From: a virus
Taxonomy: Duplodnaviria; Caudoviricetes
Direction: 5' to 3' (one strand)
Length of the DNA: 64,000 nucleotides
Virus record (IMG/VR): IMGVR_UViG_2562617147_000003
Coordinates: 1 to 64,000 of that record
In this document: in pieces, positions 18,149 through 29,000 of the stretch
How positions within the stretch are numbered: the first letter of the stretch is position 1
Layout of the letters: the number at the start of each line of letters is the position of its first letter
Notes under the pieces: model-generated
Databases searched by the model: none
What the model was told of the DNA's origin: nothing
Seen by the model: only the letters and a program-made list of their open reading frames with translations
Translations under genes and position numbers: made by a program

Positions 18149-19024
18149 ATGTCCCAAGACAATCACTGCGCCTGCGGCCATCCCGAACTTGTCATGCTGC
18201 CCGTGCGCGGCTTCGGCCTTGCCGTGGACCCCAGCGGCCTTGTGCCCGCGCCCGCCCCGGCGCGGTCCTGCCGCGAACGCGTCGATCAGGACATGCACAT
18301 CTACGTTGACGGCAACCGCGGCGAGTCCGGCGACGGCCTGACGCCGGAGACGGCGGTGAAAGATGTTTCTGACGCCGTATTCGCTCTGTCGCGTTATGAC
18401 GGCTGCAATCGGCACCATGCATACTTCCACCTGGTCTCTCTTGAGAGCCCGGACGCGACCTATCCGGAGATAGCCGTCGGCCTCGGCAGCTACACCACGT
18501 TCGGTGCGCTGCATATCAGAGGCGAGTCTCATGAAACGACCCGCCTGTGTCGGTTCAATAACCAGGTGGGTTCATTGGTTTCGCTCTCCAACATCAGTGT
18601 TGCTTATACGCAGACGGTGGCGTCGTGGTTGGCGATCGAGGGCAAGGTCGCACTCCGGCCCACGCCGGAGCAGTCCTCCGCGTTTCATGCGACATGGGGC
18701 GGATGCGTACGCTTTTCCGAAGACGCGGAAATATACCTTTATCCGGGGGAATATAAGGCGGTGTGCGCCACCAGCCATGGGATGATCGGCAGTGGGGAAA
18801 GAGTCAAATTCCGCACGCTGGGCAACATCAATATCAACAGCGGGTTCGCCTTGGCCTTGCATTGCGGAAGCATACAGTTTCCGGCCAGCACGGACTTTTC
18901 GGGCTGCACCGCTGTCACAGGCCGCAAATACTACCTCGAAAAACTTTCCTGTCTTTGTCTGGATGCCGGGATATTGCCCGGTTCCGTCGCTGGTGAAGCA
19001 AAGAACGGCAGCGTGTACATCTGA
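18149..19024 (+). CDS. tailspike/beta-helix-like protein, paralog 2
   Basis: IYVDGNRGESGDGLTPETAVK; both paralogs are 291 aa and end G(S)(I/V)Y(V/I). Confidence 0.6.
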   Translation: MSQDNHCACGHPELVMLPVRGFGLAVDPSGLVPAPAPARSCRERVDQDMHIYVDGNRGESGDGLTPETAVKDVSDAVFALSRYDGCNRHHAYFHLVSLESPDATYPEIAVGLGSYTTFGALHIRGESHETTRLCRFNNQVGSLVSLSNISVAYTQTVASWLAIEGKVALRPTPEQSSAFHATWGGCVRFSEDAEIYLYPGEYKAVCATSHGMIGSGERVKFRTLGNININSGFALALHCGSIQFPASTDFSGCTAVTGRKYYLEKLSCLCLDAGILPGSVAGEAKNGSVYI

Positions 19025-19096
19025 TTACCCGAAATTTCCCCCCCCACGGCGGACGGCAGGCCTGCGGTCGGGCCGCCCGAGAAGAGCGAGACAGCC

Positions 19097-19469
19097 ATGG
19101 CTGGAAAAAAAAGAAAATCTCAAACCCGTGCAAAACACGGAAGAAGCACGGGAGCGCGGACGCAAGGGCGGCGTCGCATCCGGGCAGGCCCGGCGCAAGA
19201 AGCGCGCCCTGCGCGAGTATCTGGAGGCGCGTCTGGAAATCATGACCGGCGATGTGAGCACCGCCGAGGCCATTACCGCAGCCCTGGTGGACAAGGCGCT
19301 TTCCGGTGACATGCGGGCTTACGAAACCATCCGCGACACCCTGGGGCAGAATCCCAGGCAGATGGTTGAAACCGAAGTCTCCGGCGGGCTGGGCCTGCAC
19401 CATGAGGTTACACCTGTGGTGGGCGCTCTTTTGGCTCGGTTGGTGAAAGAAGAGGAAGGCCAGGCATGA
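19097..19469 (+). pseudogene. terminase small subunit, frameshifted in an A8 tract
   Basis: ATG 19097 gives MAGKK; ENLKPVQNTEEARERGRKGGVASGQARR continues in another frame; one A fewer at 19105-19112 restores the reading frame. Confidence 0.7.
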
Positions 19470-21013
19470 CGGAACGCGAGCGAGCCCAAGCCGCTTACGC
19501 CCAGGCGCGCCACTCAGAAGACCTGCGGGCTCTGTGCGCCGGAGACCTTTTTTTCCTGCTGGTTCACGGCATGGGTCGGGCGGACATGGACAACGACTTT
19601 TGCTTCGCCCGCTGCCGCGAGGTGCAGGCCGTGCCGGACGGCTGCCTGGATCTCTGGGCGCGCGAGCACTACAAGTCCACCATCATCACCGTGGGCCTGA
19701 CCATTCAGAACATTCTCAACAATCCCGCTCTGACCGTGGGCATCTTCAGCCACACTCGCCCCATTGCCAAGGCCTTTTTGCGCCAGATCAAGCGTGAGTT
19801 CGAGACAAACCGACTTTTGCGAGAGCTCTTCCCGCACATTTGCCCGCCGGGCAGGGGAGAATCCCGCACCTGGAGCGAGGACAACGGCATTGTGGTGCGG
19901 CGGGAAAACAATCCCAAGGAAAACACCGTGGAAGCCTGGGGATTGGTGGACGGCCAGCCTACGGGCAAGCATTTCGACCTGCTGATCTATGACGACGTGG
20001 TGACGCTGGAAAGCGTGAGCACGCCGGAGCAGATCGCCAAGACCACCGAAGCCTGGCGCCTCTCGCTCAACCTGGGTGCGCGCGGCGGGGCCCGGCGCAT
20101 GATCGGCACGCGCTATCACGCCAATGACACCTATGCCGAGCTTATCAAGTCCGGCTCCGTGTCCGTGCGGCTGCATCCTGCCACCAGCGACGGCACATTT
20201 GAGAGCGAACCCGTTTTGCTGCCGCGTGAGGTGCTTGATGAAAAGCGCCGCGACATGGGGCCTTACGTCTTTGCCTGCCAAATGCTGCAGAACCCGCTGG
20301 CCGACAAGGCGGACGGCTTCCGCACGGAATGGCTGCGCTACTGGCGGCCCGCTGAAAATCTCTGGCGGCCCATGAACCGCGCCATCCTTGTGGACCCCGC
20401 AGGAAGCAAGAAAAAGGCCGGCGACTATTCCGTATTCTGCGTTGTCGGCTGGAACGTGGACAAGGGACTGTATCTCATTCACGCCGAGCGCTCCCGGTTG
20501 AATCTCACTGAGCGCACAGCAACGGTGTTCCGTCTGGCACGGGAGTTCGATCCGCTCTTTGTGGGCTATGAGCAGTACGGCCTGCAATCGGACATCGAGC
20601 ATATCCAGGGCGAAATGGACCGGCTCAATTACCATTTTGCCATCCGCCCTCTTGGCGGCAGGACAGCCAAAATCGACCGCATCAGGCGGCTGATTCCGTG
20701 GTTTGAGCAGGGACGGCTTTTTCTTCCGGCACAGGCCAGTTTCCGCGACGGGGAAGGCCGCATCCGCGAATTCACCAGGGAATTTGTGGAGGAAGAATAT
20801 GAGAGTTTCCCGGTCTGCATCCATGACGACATGCTCGACTGTCTGTCCCGTGCCGTGGACCCGGAAGTGAACGTGCCCTTTCCCGACGGGGCGGACGGCC
20901 GTAGCGCCGTGGAAAAAGAACTGGACCGCATACGCGAAACCAACCGGGCGCTGAATGGAGAGCGCCACGGCCTCAAATACGGCTATACGGCCGGATCGGG
21001 GGCGTCATGGTGA
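19466..21013 (+). CDS. terminase large subunit
   Basis: LWAREHYKST Walker A-like, LLIYDD, IGTRYH, VDPAG, HDDMLDCLS. Confidence 0.93.
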   Translation: MTERERAQAAYAQARHSEDLRALCAGDLFFLLVHGMGRADMDNDFCFARCREVQAVPDGCLDLWAREHYKSTIITVGLTIQNILNNPALTVGIFSHTRPIAKAFLRQIKREFETNRLLRELFPHICPPGRGESRTWSEDNGIVVRRENNPKENTVEAWGLVDGQPTGKHFDLLIYDDVVTLESVSTPEQIAKTTEAWRLSLNLGARGGARRMIGTRYHANDTYAELIKSGSVSVRLHPATSDGTFESEPVLLPREVLDEKRRDMGPYVFACQMLQNPLADKADGFRTEWLRYWRPAENLWRPMNRAILVDPAGSKKKAGDYSVFCVVGWNVDKGLYLIHAERSRLNLTERTATVFRLAREFDPLFVGYEQYGLQSDIEHIQGEMDRLNYHFAIRPLGGRTAKIDRIRRLIPWFEQGRLFLPAQASFRDGEGRIREFTREFVEEEYESFPVCIHDDMLDCLSRAVDPEVNVPFPDGADGRSAVEKELDRIRETNRALNGERHGLKYGYTAGSGASW

Positions 21014-21537
21014 CATATCGCTTCGTGGAGGCCGACACGCCCGCGCTGCGCCGTCTGCCCTTTGAGCGCATGGAGTCCGAAGGCATCGCGCGGGCCGTGA
21101 TCTGGAACCGCGTCGATCCCTGCCTGCTGGACTGGCTGGAATGCGTCAATCCCCAATATGCGCTCTGCTGGCTGGCCCATGACCGGAATAATGCCCTTGC
21201 GGGAGCCGTCTGGCTCAATCCTGTCATGGGCCTGTGCGGTTGCGTGCATTTCTGCATCTTCAAGGCGGCGCGGCCGGACTGGAAAAACCTCGGGCGTCAG
21301 GCCATCGCGCATCTGTTCCGGGCGCGGCCGCTGGCCGGGCTGCTGGCCGTCTGGCCCGCGCACTACCGCTCTGTGACCAGGGCGGCCAAGGCCTGGGGTT
21401 TCGGCAAGCCGGTGTTGCTGCCCAAAGCCTGCCACATGCCCGGCGTCCATAACCCGTCACGCTGCCGCGACGGCTTCATGGCCGTGCTGCGGCGCTCCAG
21501 CCGTTGTGACGAAGGAAACTACGGATGGAGACAGTAA
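21007..21537 (+). CDS. putative GNAT-fold phage protein
   Basis: AGAVWL..CGCVHFCIFK..GRQAI..A..WGF; last ~12 codons come from the REP-like repeat. Confidence 0.55.
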   Translation: MVTYRFVEADTPALRRLPFERMESEGIARAVIWNRVDPCLLDWLECVNPQYALCWLAHDRNNALAGAVWLNPVMGLCGCVHFCIFKAARPDWKNLGRQAIAHLFRARPLAGLLAVWPAHYRSVTRAAKAWGFGKPVLLPKACHMPGVHNPSRCRDGFMAVLRRSSRCDEGNYGWRQ

Positions 21538-21612
21538 TTGGATACTCTCTATGCGACGCAAGGAAATTGCTGTCGCTATCCGTAAGCGGCAGAGCCGCTA
21601 ACGGCTACCGCA
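21500..21612. repeat. REP-like palindromic element
   Basis: CTACGGATGGAGACAGTAATT...AATTGCTGTCGCTATCCGTAAG; near-identical copy at about 29935-30032. Confidence 0.85.
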
Positions 21613-21645
21613 GGAAGATTTTATGAACAAACAGGAGGCATAACT

Positions 21646-21900
21646 ATGGGCAGTGTGATTTCATCCATTTTCGGCGGCGGCCAGAGCAGCGCTCCGGCTC
21701 CCGTGGTCTACGAGGCCGAGGCCGCGCCGCGCGAGGCGGAACAGGAAGCCGAAGCCTCCAATGTGCGCGACGAGGAAAAGCGCAAGCTGCGCCAGCGGCG
21801 GCAGATGGGCGGCACGCTGCTCACGTCGCCCCTGGGCGTTACCGGCGGCGCCGACAGTGCGGGCGCGTCCCTGCTGGGGCGCTCCGGCCTGGACGGTTGA
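21646..21900 (+). CDS. small virion protein preceding portal
   Basis: MGSVISSIFGGG...TLLTSPLGV; AGGAGG RBS; typical of this podovirus gene order. Confidence 0.7.
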   Translation: MGSVISSIFGGGQSSAPAPVVYEAEAAPREAEQEAEASNVRDEEKRKLRQRRQMGGTLLTSPLGVTGGADSAGASLLGRSGLDG

Positions 21901-21911
21901 GGGTTGCGCGC

Positions 21912-23561
21912 ATGGATTTGAAAGAGGTCAAGCAACTCGTCGGCCATCTGGAAAGCCTGCGCGCCAAGCGCCTGGCCCAACAGCGCGAACTGGGGCGGCT
22001 GATCCTGCCCTCGCGCGGGCTCTTCCAGGGTGAGGACACGGAAAGCCTGCGCGAGTCCAACCTGTTCAATCCGGCGGCCAACCGCGCCTTGCGCAAGGCG
22101 GCCGCGGGCATGACCCAGGCCATCACTCCGGCCGGCAATCCCTGGTTCAAGCACGCCTTTCTGCTGCGCCGGGACCGTGAGGCCACGGGCGGCAACGAGT
22201 ATGTGGATACGGTCGACAACATGCTGCGCACCGTGCTTTCCGCCGGGGGCTTCTATCGGGCCATCCATTCTTTCAACAAGGAGTTGTTGGGCTTCGGTTG
22301 CGCTCTCCTGGGTTGCGAGGAAAGCCCGCGCACGGTGGCCCGCTATTTCTGTCAGACCTGCGGCACGTACTGCGCGGCCCTGGACGAGGACGGCAATCTT
22401 GACGCCGTGGCCCGCCGCCTGCTGATGACCCCGCGCGAGCTGGCCCGGCGTTTCGGCGAGGACCGTCTTTCCGACGTAAGCCGCCAGAAGCTGAAAAAGG
22501 ATTCGTATGATCCCGTAGCCGTGCGCCATGTGGTCCAGCGCCGGACGGCGCGCGATCCGGAGCGCGCTGACCGGAGCAACATGCCCTGGGGCTCCTGGTG
22601 GTATGAGGAGGGCGGCGCGGCCGATTTTCTGGACGTGGGCGGTTTCCGCTCCATGCCTTTCTTTTTCACCGTCTGGGAGGAAGCGCGCGGCGTGTACGGC
22701 ACCGGGCCCGGCGACGAGGCCCTTGCCGACCAGAAAGGCATTGAAGGATGGGAATTGCGCAAGGCCGTGGGCGTGGAAAAGATGATCGACCCGGTGCTTG
22801 TGTCGCAAGGGCCGCTCAAGGCCTATGTGGACACCTCGCCGGGTGCCGTCATCCCCTCCGGCGGTTTCGGCGCGGACAGCCTCAAACCGCTTTATGAAGT
22901 CAATTTCGGCCCGGCCGTCCAGCATGTGCAGGAGGAGATCAGCCAGATTTCCCTGCGTCTGGAAGACGTGATGATGGCCAACATCTTCGCCAGCATGAGC
23001 CTGGAGACGCGCCCGGCGGGCATGACCATGACCGAGTACATGGACCGCCGCAGACGCAGCGCCGAGCTCATGGGCCCCACGGTGTCCGGTTATGAGCCGC
23101 GCATCCTCTCCCCCGTGCTGGAGAACACTTTCGGCCTGCTGGAGGAATACGGCCTGCTGCCCGGGCCGCCGGACGGCCTCTCGCCCTTTGCCTCGCTCAA
23201 TGTCTCCTATCAGTCGCCCATGGCTCAGATGCTTGAGCAGAGCGGGGCCGTGGCCATCCAGAGCCTTTTCGAACTGGCCGCGCCCATGCTGCGGGCCGTA
23301 CCGGACCTGGCGGACAAGATCGACTTTGAGCAGGCCATTGACGAGCTGGCCCAGCGTCTGGGCGTGCCCGCGTCGGTGGTCCGCTCCGATGAAACCGTGG
23401 CAGCCATGCGGCAGCAGCGGGCTGAAGCGCAGGCCGCTCAACAGCAGCAGATGGCGGAAGCGCGGATGCTTCAACAGGTGGCGGCCCTGGGCAATGTGAA
23501 GACGCAGGGCACTGTGGCCGGTGAGGTTCTGGGAACAACGCAGGGAGGCGAGTCCGCATGA
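21912..23561 (+). CDS. portal / head-tail connector (T7 gp8-like)
   Basis: About 550 aa after TerL; YGTGPGDEALAD, T.TE...R, Y.SPMAQ, DKIDFEQAIDELA. Confidence 0.9.
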   Translation: MDLKEVKQLVGHLESLRAKRLAQQRELGRLILPSRGLFQGEDTESLRESNLFNPAANRALRKAAAGMTQAITPAGNPWFKHAFLLRRDREATGGNEYVDTVDNMLRTVLSAGGFYRAIHSFNKELLGFGCALLGCEESPRTVARYFCQTCGTYCAALDEDGNLDAVARRLLMTPRELARRFGEDRLSDVSRQKLKKDSYDPVAVRHVVQRRTARDPERADRSNMPWGSWWYEEGGAADFLDVGGFRSMPFFFTVWEEARGVYGTGPGDEALADQKGIEGWELRKAVGVEKMIDPVLVSQGPLKAYVDTSPGAVIPSGGFGADSLKPLYEVNFGPAVQHVQEEISQISLRLEDVMMANIFASMSLETRPAGMTMTEYMDRRRRSAELMGPTVSGYEPRILSPVLENTFGLLEEYGLLPGPPDGLSPFASLNVSYQSPMAQMLEQSGAVAIQSLFELAAPMLRAVPDLADKIDFEQAIDELAQRLGVPASVVRSDETVAAMRQQRAEAQAAQQQQMAEARMLQQVAALGNVKTQGTVAGEVLGTTQGGESA

Positions 23562-23863
23562 AGACGCCCGCAGAGGTGGCCGCCGAACGGCAATCTCAGG
23601 AAGATGAAGCCCGCCAGGCGCGCGTGGACCTGCGCGACGTGCTGGACACGGAAGCGGGCTGCCGCGTCTTTGCCCGCTTGCTGCATGAATTGGGGGCTGG
23701 TTCCCCCATGAAGAATGAAACCGACATGCGCCTGCGCAACGCGGCGGACTGGCTGCTGCACCAGGTTGCGGCCGCCCATCCCGCGGCCTGTCTGCGGCTT
23801 TTGGCGGAACTGCGCGGCATAGGCGGCGCTGAACTTTTAGAGCAGATTAACTTTGAGAATTGA
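23558..23863 (+). CDS. Bbp19-like small protein
   Basis: DLRDVLDTEAGCRVFARLL; located between portal and scaffold. Confidence 0.65.
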   Translation: MKTPAEVAAERQSQEDEARQARVDLRDVLDTEAGCRVFARLLHELGAGSPMKNETDMRLRNAADWLLHQVAAAHPAACLRLLAELRGIGGAELLEQINFEN

Positions 23864-23988
23864 CATTCTCAAAGTTTTTAAGACGCCCACTCCGGCGCTT
23901 AACCGCGCAAATAAATTGCGCTTACGCCTCCGTGGCGGGCGTCTGCTCACGCAGCCGCCAGAGCAATTTCATTTTGAAATTGCTCTAA
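23837..23988. mobile_element. MITE-like element TTAGAGCA...TGCTCTAA
   Basis: 8-bp terminal inverted repeats; internal AGAGCAATTTCATTTTGAAATTGCTCT palindrome; supplies the last codons of the upstream ORF. Confidence 0.6.
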
Positions 23989-24003
23989 AACAGGAGGAAA
24001 CTC

Positions 24004-24702
24004 ATGCCTGAAGACATCATCCCCGGCGCGACGCCCCCGGAAGGCGGAGAATCCGCGCAGCGGAGCGAGCCGGAAACCACGCTTTCCGGCGAAGCGAGAA
24101 CGAGTGCGGCGCAGGAACGCGCCGCCGAGCATCATCCCGAAGACTGGCGAAGCTCTCTCCCCGCCGCCTGGGCCGACAAGCTCAAGGACGTGGCGGGCGA
24201 AGAGGATGCCGTCAGGGCCCTTGAGCGCGGCCTGTCCTACACGCCCGCGCTCAAACCCGAGGATGTGGAGCTGGACTATCCCGACGGCATTCAGGTGGAC
24301 GAAGGCGTGCGCGACAATTTCCGCCAGTTCTGCGTGGACAAGGGCATCACGCCTGTTCAGGCCCAGGCGCTGCTGGACTGGCAACTGGCCGCCAACAAGG
24401 AAATTACGGACGCGGTCATGGCAAAAGGCAAGGCCGAGCTGCAAAAGCTCTGGGGCAGCCGTTTTGAAGAGAACAGCGCCAAGGCTCTCAAGGCCGTGGT
24501 GGCCCTGGACAAGCGCATGGGCGGGCGGCTTTCCGAAACCATGGCTTTCAGCGGCATGAACAACAATCCCGTGCTGGTGGAGGCTTTTCACGCCATCGGC
24601 ACGCTTATTTCCACGGACGCCCTTTCCGGCGGCCGGGCCGCCCCGGCCCCGGACAAACCGGAAACGGCCGAAGAAACCTACAACGGCATGTTCAATAAGT
24701 GA
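24004..24702 (+). CDS. capsid scaffolding protein
   Basis: Acidic, helical 232 aa between portal and capsid; AELQKLWG..F motif. Confidence 0.75.
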   Translation: MPEDIIPGATPPEGGESAQRSEPETTLSGEARTSAAQERAAEHHPEDWRSSLPAAWADKLKDVAGEEDAVRALERGLSYTPALKPEDVELDYPDGIQVDEGVRDNFRQFCVDKGITPVQAQALLDWQLAANKEITDAVMAKGKAELQKLWGSRFEENSAKALKAVVALDKRMGGRLSETMAFSGMNNNPVLVEAFHAIGTLISTDALSGGRAAPAPDKPETAEETYNGMFNK

Positions 24703-24713
24703 GGTGACCAACC

Positions 24714-25634
24714 ATGCCCGACATGATCCCGCAGACTCTCAAGGAAATCGCCCTGGACAAGGCGAAAAAGCGCCCGGAACTGGTGGACTACCTCACCGAG
24801 GAGTCGCCCATCCTGGCCATGCTCAAATGGATTCCGGCCACGCACGGCCTCTGGAACGTGGAAGAAGTGCTGGCCAACGTGCAGGGCCCGGCCTTCGGCG
24901 AACTGGGAGCGCCCCTGCCCAGCATGAAGGCCGACACCAATTTGCGCCAGACCTACGTCTCCGTGCTGGGCGGCGAGATGGAAGTGAGCAAGGACAAGGC
25001 CGACCAGTTCGGCGGCGCGCCCAAGTATTTCGCCCGGCGCGAATCCGCCATCCTTAAAAAGGCGGGCAGCGACACCGAGTTGGCCATCTGGCGCGACCAC
25101 TGGCGCAAGGCCGCTCTGGCCAGGAAACTCGTCAGCAAGGGCAAGGCCGCGAGCAACGCCTATACCGTCCTGGTGGTGCGTTTCGACAAGGAAATCAATA
25201 TCGGCATCTATGATCCCACGGGATTCAACCAGGGTCGCCTGGTGGACATCACGCCCATCAACGGCGGCAGCCTCTATCACCTGCGCAGCCAGGAAGGCGT
25301 GCTGGGCTACGGCGTCGAATACCGTGGACGTTTCGGCTGGCAGAACCTTGCGCCCGAACGCGCGGTGCACGCCATCGTCAACGTCAATGCCGATAACCTG
25401 CCCGGCCTGGGCCAGTTGGAAGACGCCATTGCCGCTGTGCGCGGCACGGCGGAAAACACCTACATCTTCGGCCACCACAAAATCCTGCAGAAGACCATGA
25501 GCTCCATCAAGAAGGAATACCTGCAGATGACCGTCAACGACGGCTCCATGAAGACCGTCATCGGCGACATCAACGGCGTGAGGCTGGTGGGTTCCTATAA
25601 TCTGCCCGACGGCACGGAAGCCGCCGTCAATTAG
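24714..25634 (+). CDS. major capsid protein
   Basis: 306 aa; ESPILAMLKW..A; position after scaffold; GAGGTG RBS. Confidence 0.8.
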   Translation: MPDMIPQTLKEIALDKAKKRPELVDYLTEESPILAMLKWIPATHGLWNVEEVLANVQGPAFGELGAPLPSMKADTNLRQTYVSVLGGEMEVSKDKADQFGGAPKYFARRESAILKKAGSDTELAIWRDHWRKAALARKLVSKGKAASNAYTVLVVRFDKEINIGIYDPTGFNQGRLVDITPINGGSLYHLRSQEGVLGYGVEYRGRFGWQNLAPERAVHAIVNVNADNLPGLGQLEDAIAAVRGTAENTYIFGHHKILQKTMSSIKKEYLQMTVNDGSMKTVIGDINGVRLVGSYNLPDGTEAAVN

Positions 25635-25645
25635 GAGGGGGAAGA

Positions 25646-26065
25646 ATGAACAAGACCTTTGGATACGGCGCGGAAAACCGCTGGCATGACCAGTATTTCG
25701 AGAAAGGAATCACCTTGCCCGGCTCCGCCGGCGTCGTGTGCGCCAACGCCCTGGCCGTGGGGCAGCATCACGGGGCGCTTGCCGTCACGCTGGTTGCGGA
25801 CGGCGCGGTGAGCATTCCCGCAGCCAAAAAACTGACCGTCACCATTCAGGGCAGCGACGCCGAGGGCGGCGCGTTCGCTGATATTGCGGGGGCTCCCGAA
25901 ATGAGCGTCAGCGGCGGGGCCGGTGCGGCCACAATCTTTGGAGACGGTGAGACCATCGGAAAGCTGGTGCTGCCGGACATGGCGGCCTTCGCCAAGATTA
26001 AGCTCACCACGGACGGCGCGGCCACCGGCAAGGTGGACGTCTTCCTTAACTATCTGGCCCGCTAG
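25646..26065 (+). CDS. Bbp16-like minor capsid/cement protein
   Basis: 139 aa beta-rich, LTVTIQGSDAEGGAF, immediately after the capsid gene. Confidence 0.55.
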   Translation: MNKTFGYGAENRWHDQYFEKGITLPGSAGVVCANALAVGQHHGALAVTLVADGAVSIPAAKKLTVTIQGSDAEGGAFADIAGAPEMSVSGGAGAATIFGDGETIGKLVLPDMAAFAKIKLTTDGAATGKVDVFLNYLAR

Positions 26066-26075
26066 GAGCATTCCC

Positions 26076-29000
26076 ATGATTGCCCAGACCAGCGTCGTTG
26101 TCCGCTACATCGTAACCGCCGGGGTCTTGTCCTATGCCGTTCCCTTTCCCATCTACAGTGAAAAGGACGTGCGCGTAACCTTTTCCACGGACGGCAGAAC
26201 GGAAACGGCGCTGGTTCCGGGCGCGGAGTATACGGTGACCGTACTGTCTTCCGGCGGCGGGACTGTCACGTTGGGTTCTGCCGGGATTGTTCCCATAGAG
26301 GCGGTACTGGCCGTGGCTTCCGCCATCCCGGCAACCCAGGAGGCGGACTTTTCCGCCACCACGGACGTGGACACCGGGGCCCTGGAAACGCAGCTCGACC
26401 GCCAGGTGCAGATGATCCGGCAACTGGAGGCCGAGCTTGACCGGGCGGTCAAGGTTCCGGCGGCCTCCGAGGAGAGTCCGGAAAGTGTCGCACGGGATAT
26501 TTATACCGCCCGGGACGCGGCGGAAGCCTCCGCCGGGGCCGCGGGCGACAGCGCCGCGCGGGCGGCCCGGAGCGCGGCAAACGCGGCAAACAGCGCCGGG
26601 CAGTCGGCGGGCGCGGCCGCCGATGCCGAGTACTGGGCCGGGCGCGCCGAGGACGCCGGCAACAACGGCCCGGCCACGCCCGGGCACATCGGCGGCGTCA
26701 AACCCCGTCACGGCCTGTCCGTCATGGAGGACGGCACCCTGGACCTCAATACGGGCGACGGCCTGGAAATCGACGCAACGGAAAACGCCCCGCGCGTCAA
26801 CGCCTCCGGCATCCGGCACGGCGTCCTGGCCGTGGCGCACGGCGGCACCGGGGCCGACACGGCCCAGGGCGCGCGGGACAACCTGGGTCTCAGCGCCTGG
26901 CAGAAAGGCATGGAAGGCACCAATCCCCAGCGCCTGCGCAACGTCATCCTTTCCGGCCGGGAAAAGGACGGCTATCCGGCCTACCTCGTCGGCCAGGAAT
27001 TCATTGACATGCAGCACGAGGACGGCGTGTACATCAGCAAGCGCGGCACGGTCAGCGCCGGCGGGGAATACAGCGCCTCACACCGGGCCACCAGGCCCCT
27101 GCGCAACCAGCTTGTCTACCAGGCTCAAGGCTGGCTGACGCCCAACACCGTGACCAGCGGCCAGTGGGAATACGCCTTTGCCGACCGGGCGCACGTGCTC
27201 ACGGGCCTCTATCTCCAGAACCGGGATAACGAGCCGCAATGTTTCCCCCGGAAATGGCAGCTTCAGGGCTGGAATGAAAGCAGCGGCCTCTGGGAGGACA
27301 TCTACCGCCGCGACAATGACCAGGCCCTGCGCGGCAGTTCGGACAATCTCAAGGACAACGGGCGGATGTACTGGTTCACGGAAAATGCCACGGCCTACCG
27401 GCGCGTGCGCATCAATATCGAAAGCAACCACGGCGGCGCGTACTCGCAGCTTGCCGTCATCCGCCTGTACGAGGCGGTCATTCCCGGCCTGCACAAATAT
27501 GACCCGGCCCTGTACGCCACGCCCGAAACGCCCTTTGCGGCCTCCGTGGCCTGCGGCCTGAGCGCGGACGGCACGGCCCGCACCCTGGACCGGCCCGTGA
27601 AAGTCACGGAGCATGTGGTTTTTGACGGGCGCAAGCTGGCGGAAATGAGCCGCAATTACATCTACGTCGTCCCGGCCGATGAAAGCACCGGCCGACTTCC
27701 GGACAATCTGGACGCGGACAGGGCCGTGCCCCTGCCCGGCAATGCGGCCTTTCTGTACGCGGACACCCGCAAACTGCACTACGGCACGCGCGGCGACATT
27801 GAAAAAGAGTGTTTCGCCCTGCTGCAATCCCGGCACACCGTGGCCTACGATCCCGTGCCCAACGGCATGTTCGAGATGAACCAGGGGGCCTGGAACCATC
27901 CGCTGTACTTCCAGAACGTGCGGGTGGACCCCACGGAAAAGCCACGGGGCGCGGCCTCCAGCTACCGGTTCACGGGCGTTGACAACTGGATCGGCCCCAA
28001 TGCCGACCTGACGGCGGCCCTGCTCGGCAAAAACGCCCATCCCTACAGCAACGAATGCACCGTGGAGCTGGATTTCAAGTGGAACGGACCGGCCCCGGAA
28101 ACGACCGACGATTATTTTATCCTCTTTGACAACGGCTACTCTGCAAGCCGGGGCTGGGCGCTGGCCTATCACAACCGCAAAAAATGCCTGGCCCTGCATT
28201 GGGGCAGCAAAAGCATCAGCAACTGGTGCTACCACGCGCCGTTCAATGCCGCTGACGGCACATGGCATACGGTTTCCGTGAGCCAGCGCGATTCCAACCT
28301 GTTCATCCATGTGGACGGCGTTTGCCTCGGCGCGTTCAATTATGTGTCGCTCTGCAATCCCAATTACCGCTATTGGTTTCTGGGCCGCTGGATACACTCG
28401 GGCAGCCACCAATGGTACGGGCATCTCAATAATCTGCGCGTCACCCTGGGCACGGCCCTGTACCAGGGGCGGGATTACGCCGTGTCCCCGGCTTTCAACC
28501 GTGGCCCGATTCCCGACAAAACCCTGTGGTACGACGCCGCCGAAGGGGTGGTCAAGGAATGGCAAGCGGAGGCGGGCGTGTGGCTGAAAACGCCCATGCT
28601 GCCCGTGGGGCATGTGGATACCGGGCGAAAAGAGCACCTCATGACCGACCAGCCCAGGGGCACCTATCATCTTCAACCCACCAAATGGGTGACGGATTTT
28701 AAAACCGACAGCAGTTATGACGGCAATGCGGGGGCAAGCAGCCTGTTCAATCTCGGCTACGGCGGCGCACATGCCTTTTTGTCAGGGGGAACAAATGATG
28801 CGACGCATGCCGTGGAATTTATGCTTGAAAAGCCCCTGGCCTTTGAAAGCATGCTTGACTTTGTAAACACGCGCGGCAATTGGAACTCCTCATTGTGCAA
28901 ATTCAGATTGTCAGGCCGCAACGCTGATGAGGAAGCATGGAATGTGCTGATCGACCGCAGCACTTTTATTGATGACGGAGCATTGCTCGGGGCGGGCGTA

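Noticed and set aside
18792-19096. Long N-terminal extension of TerS from ATG 18792
   Set aside because: Overlaps the preceding gene by over 200 bp and crosses an intergenic hairpin; ATG 19097 plus frameshift fits the family better.
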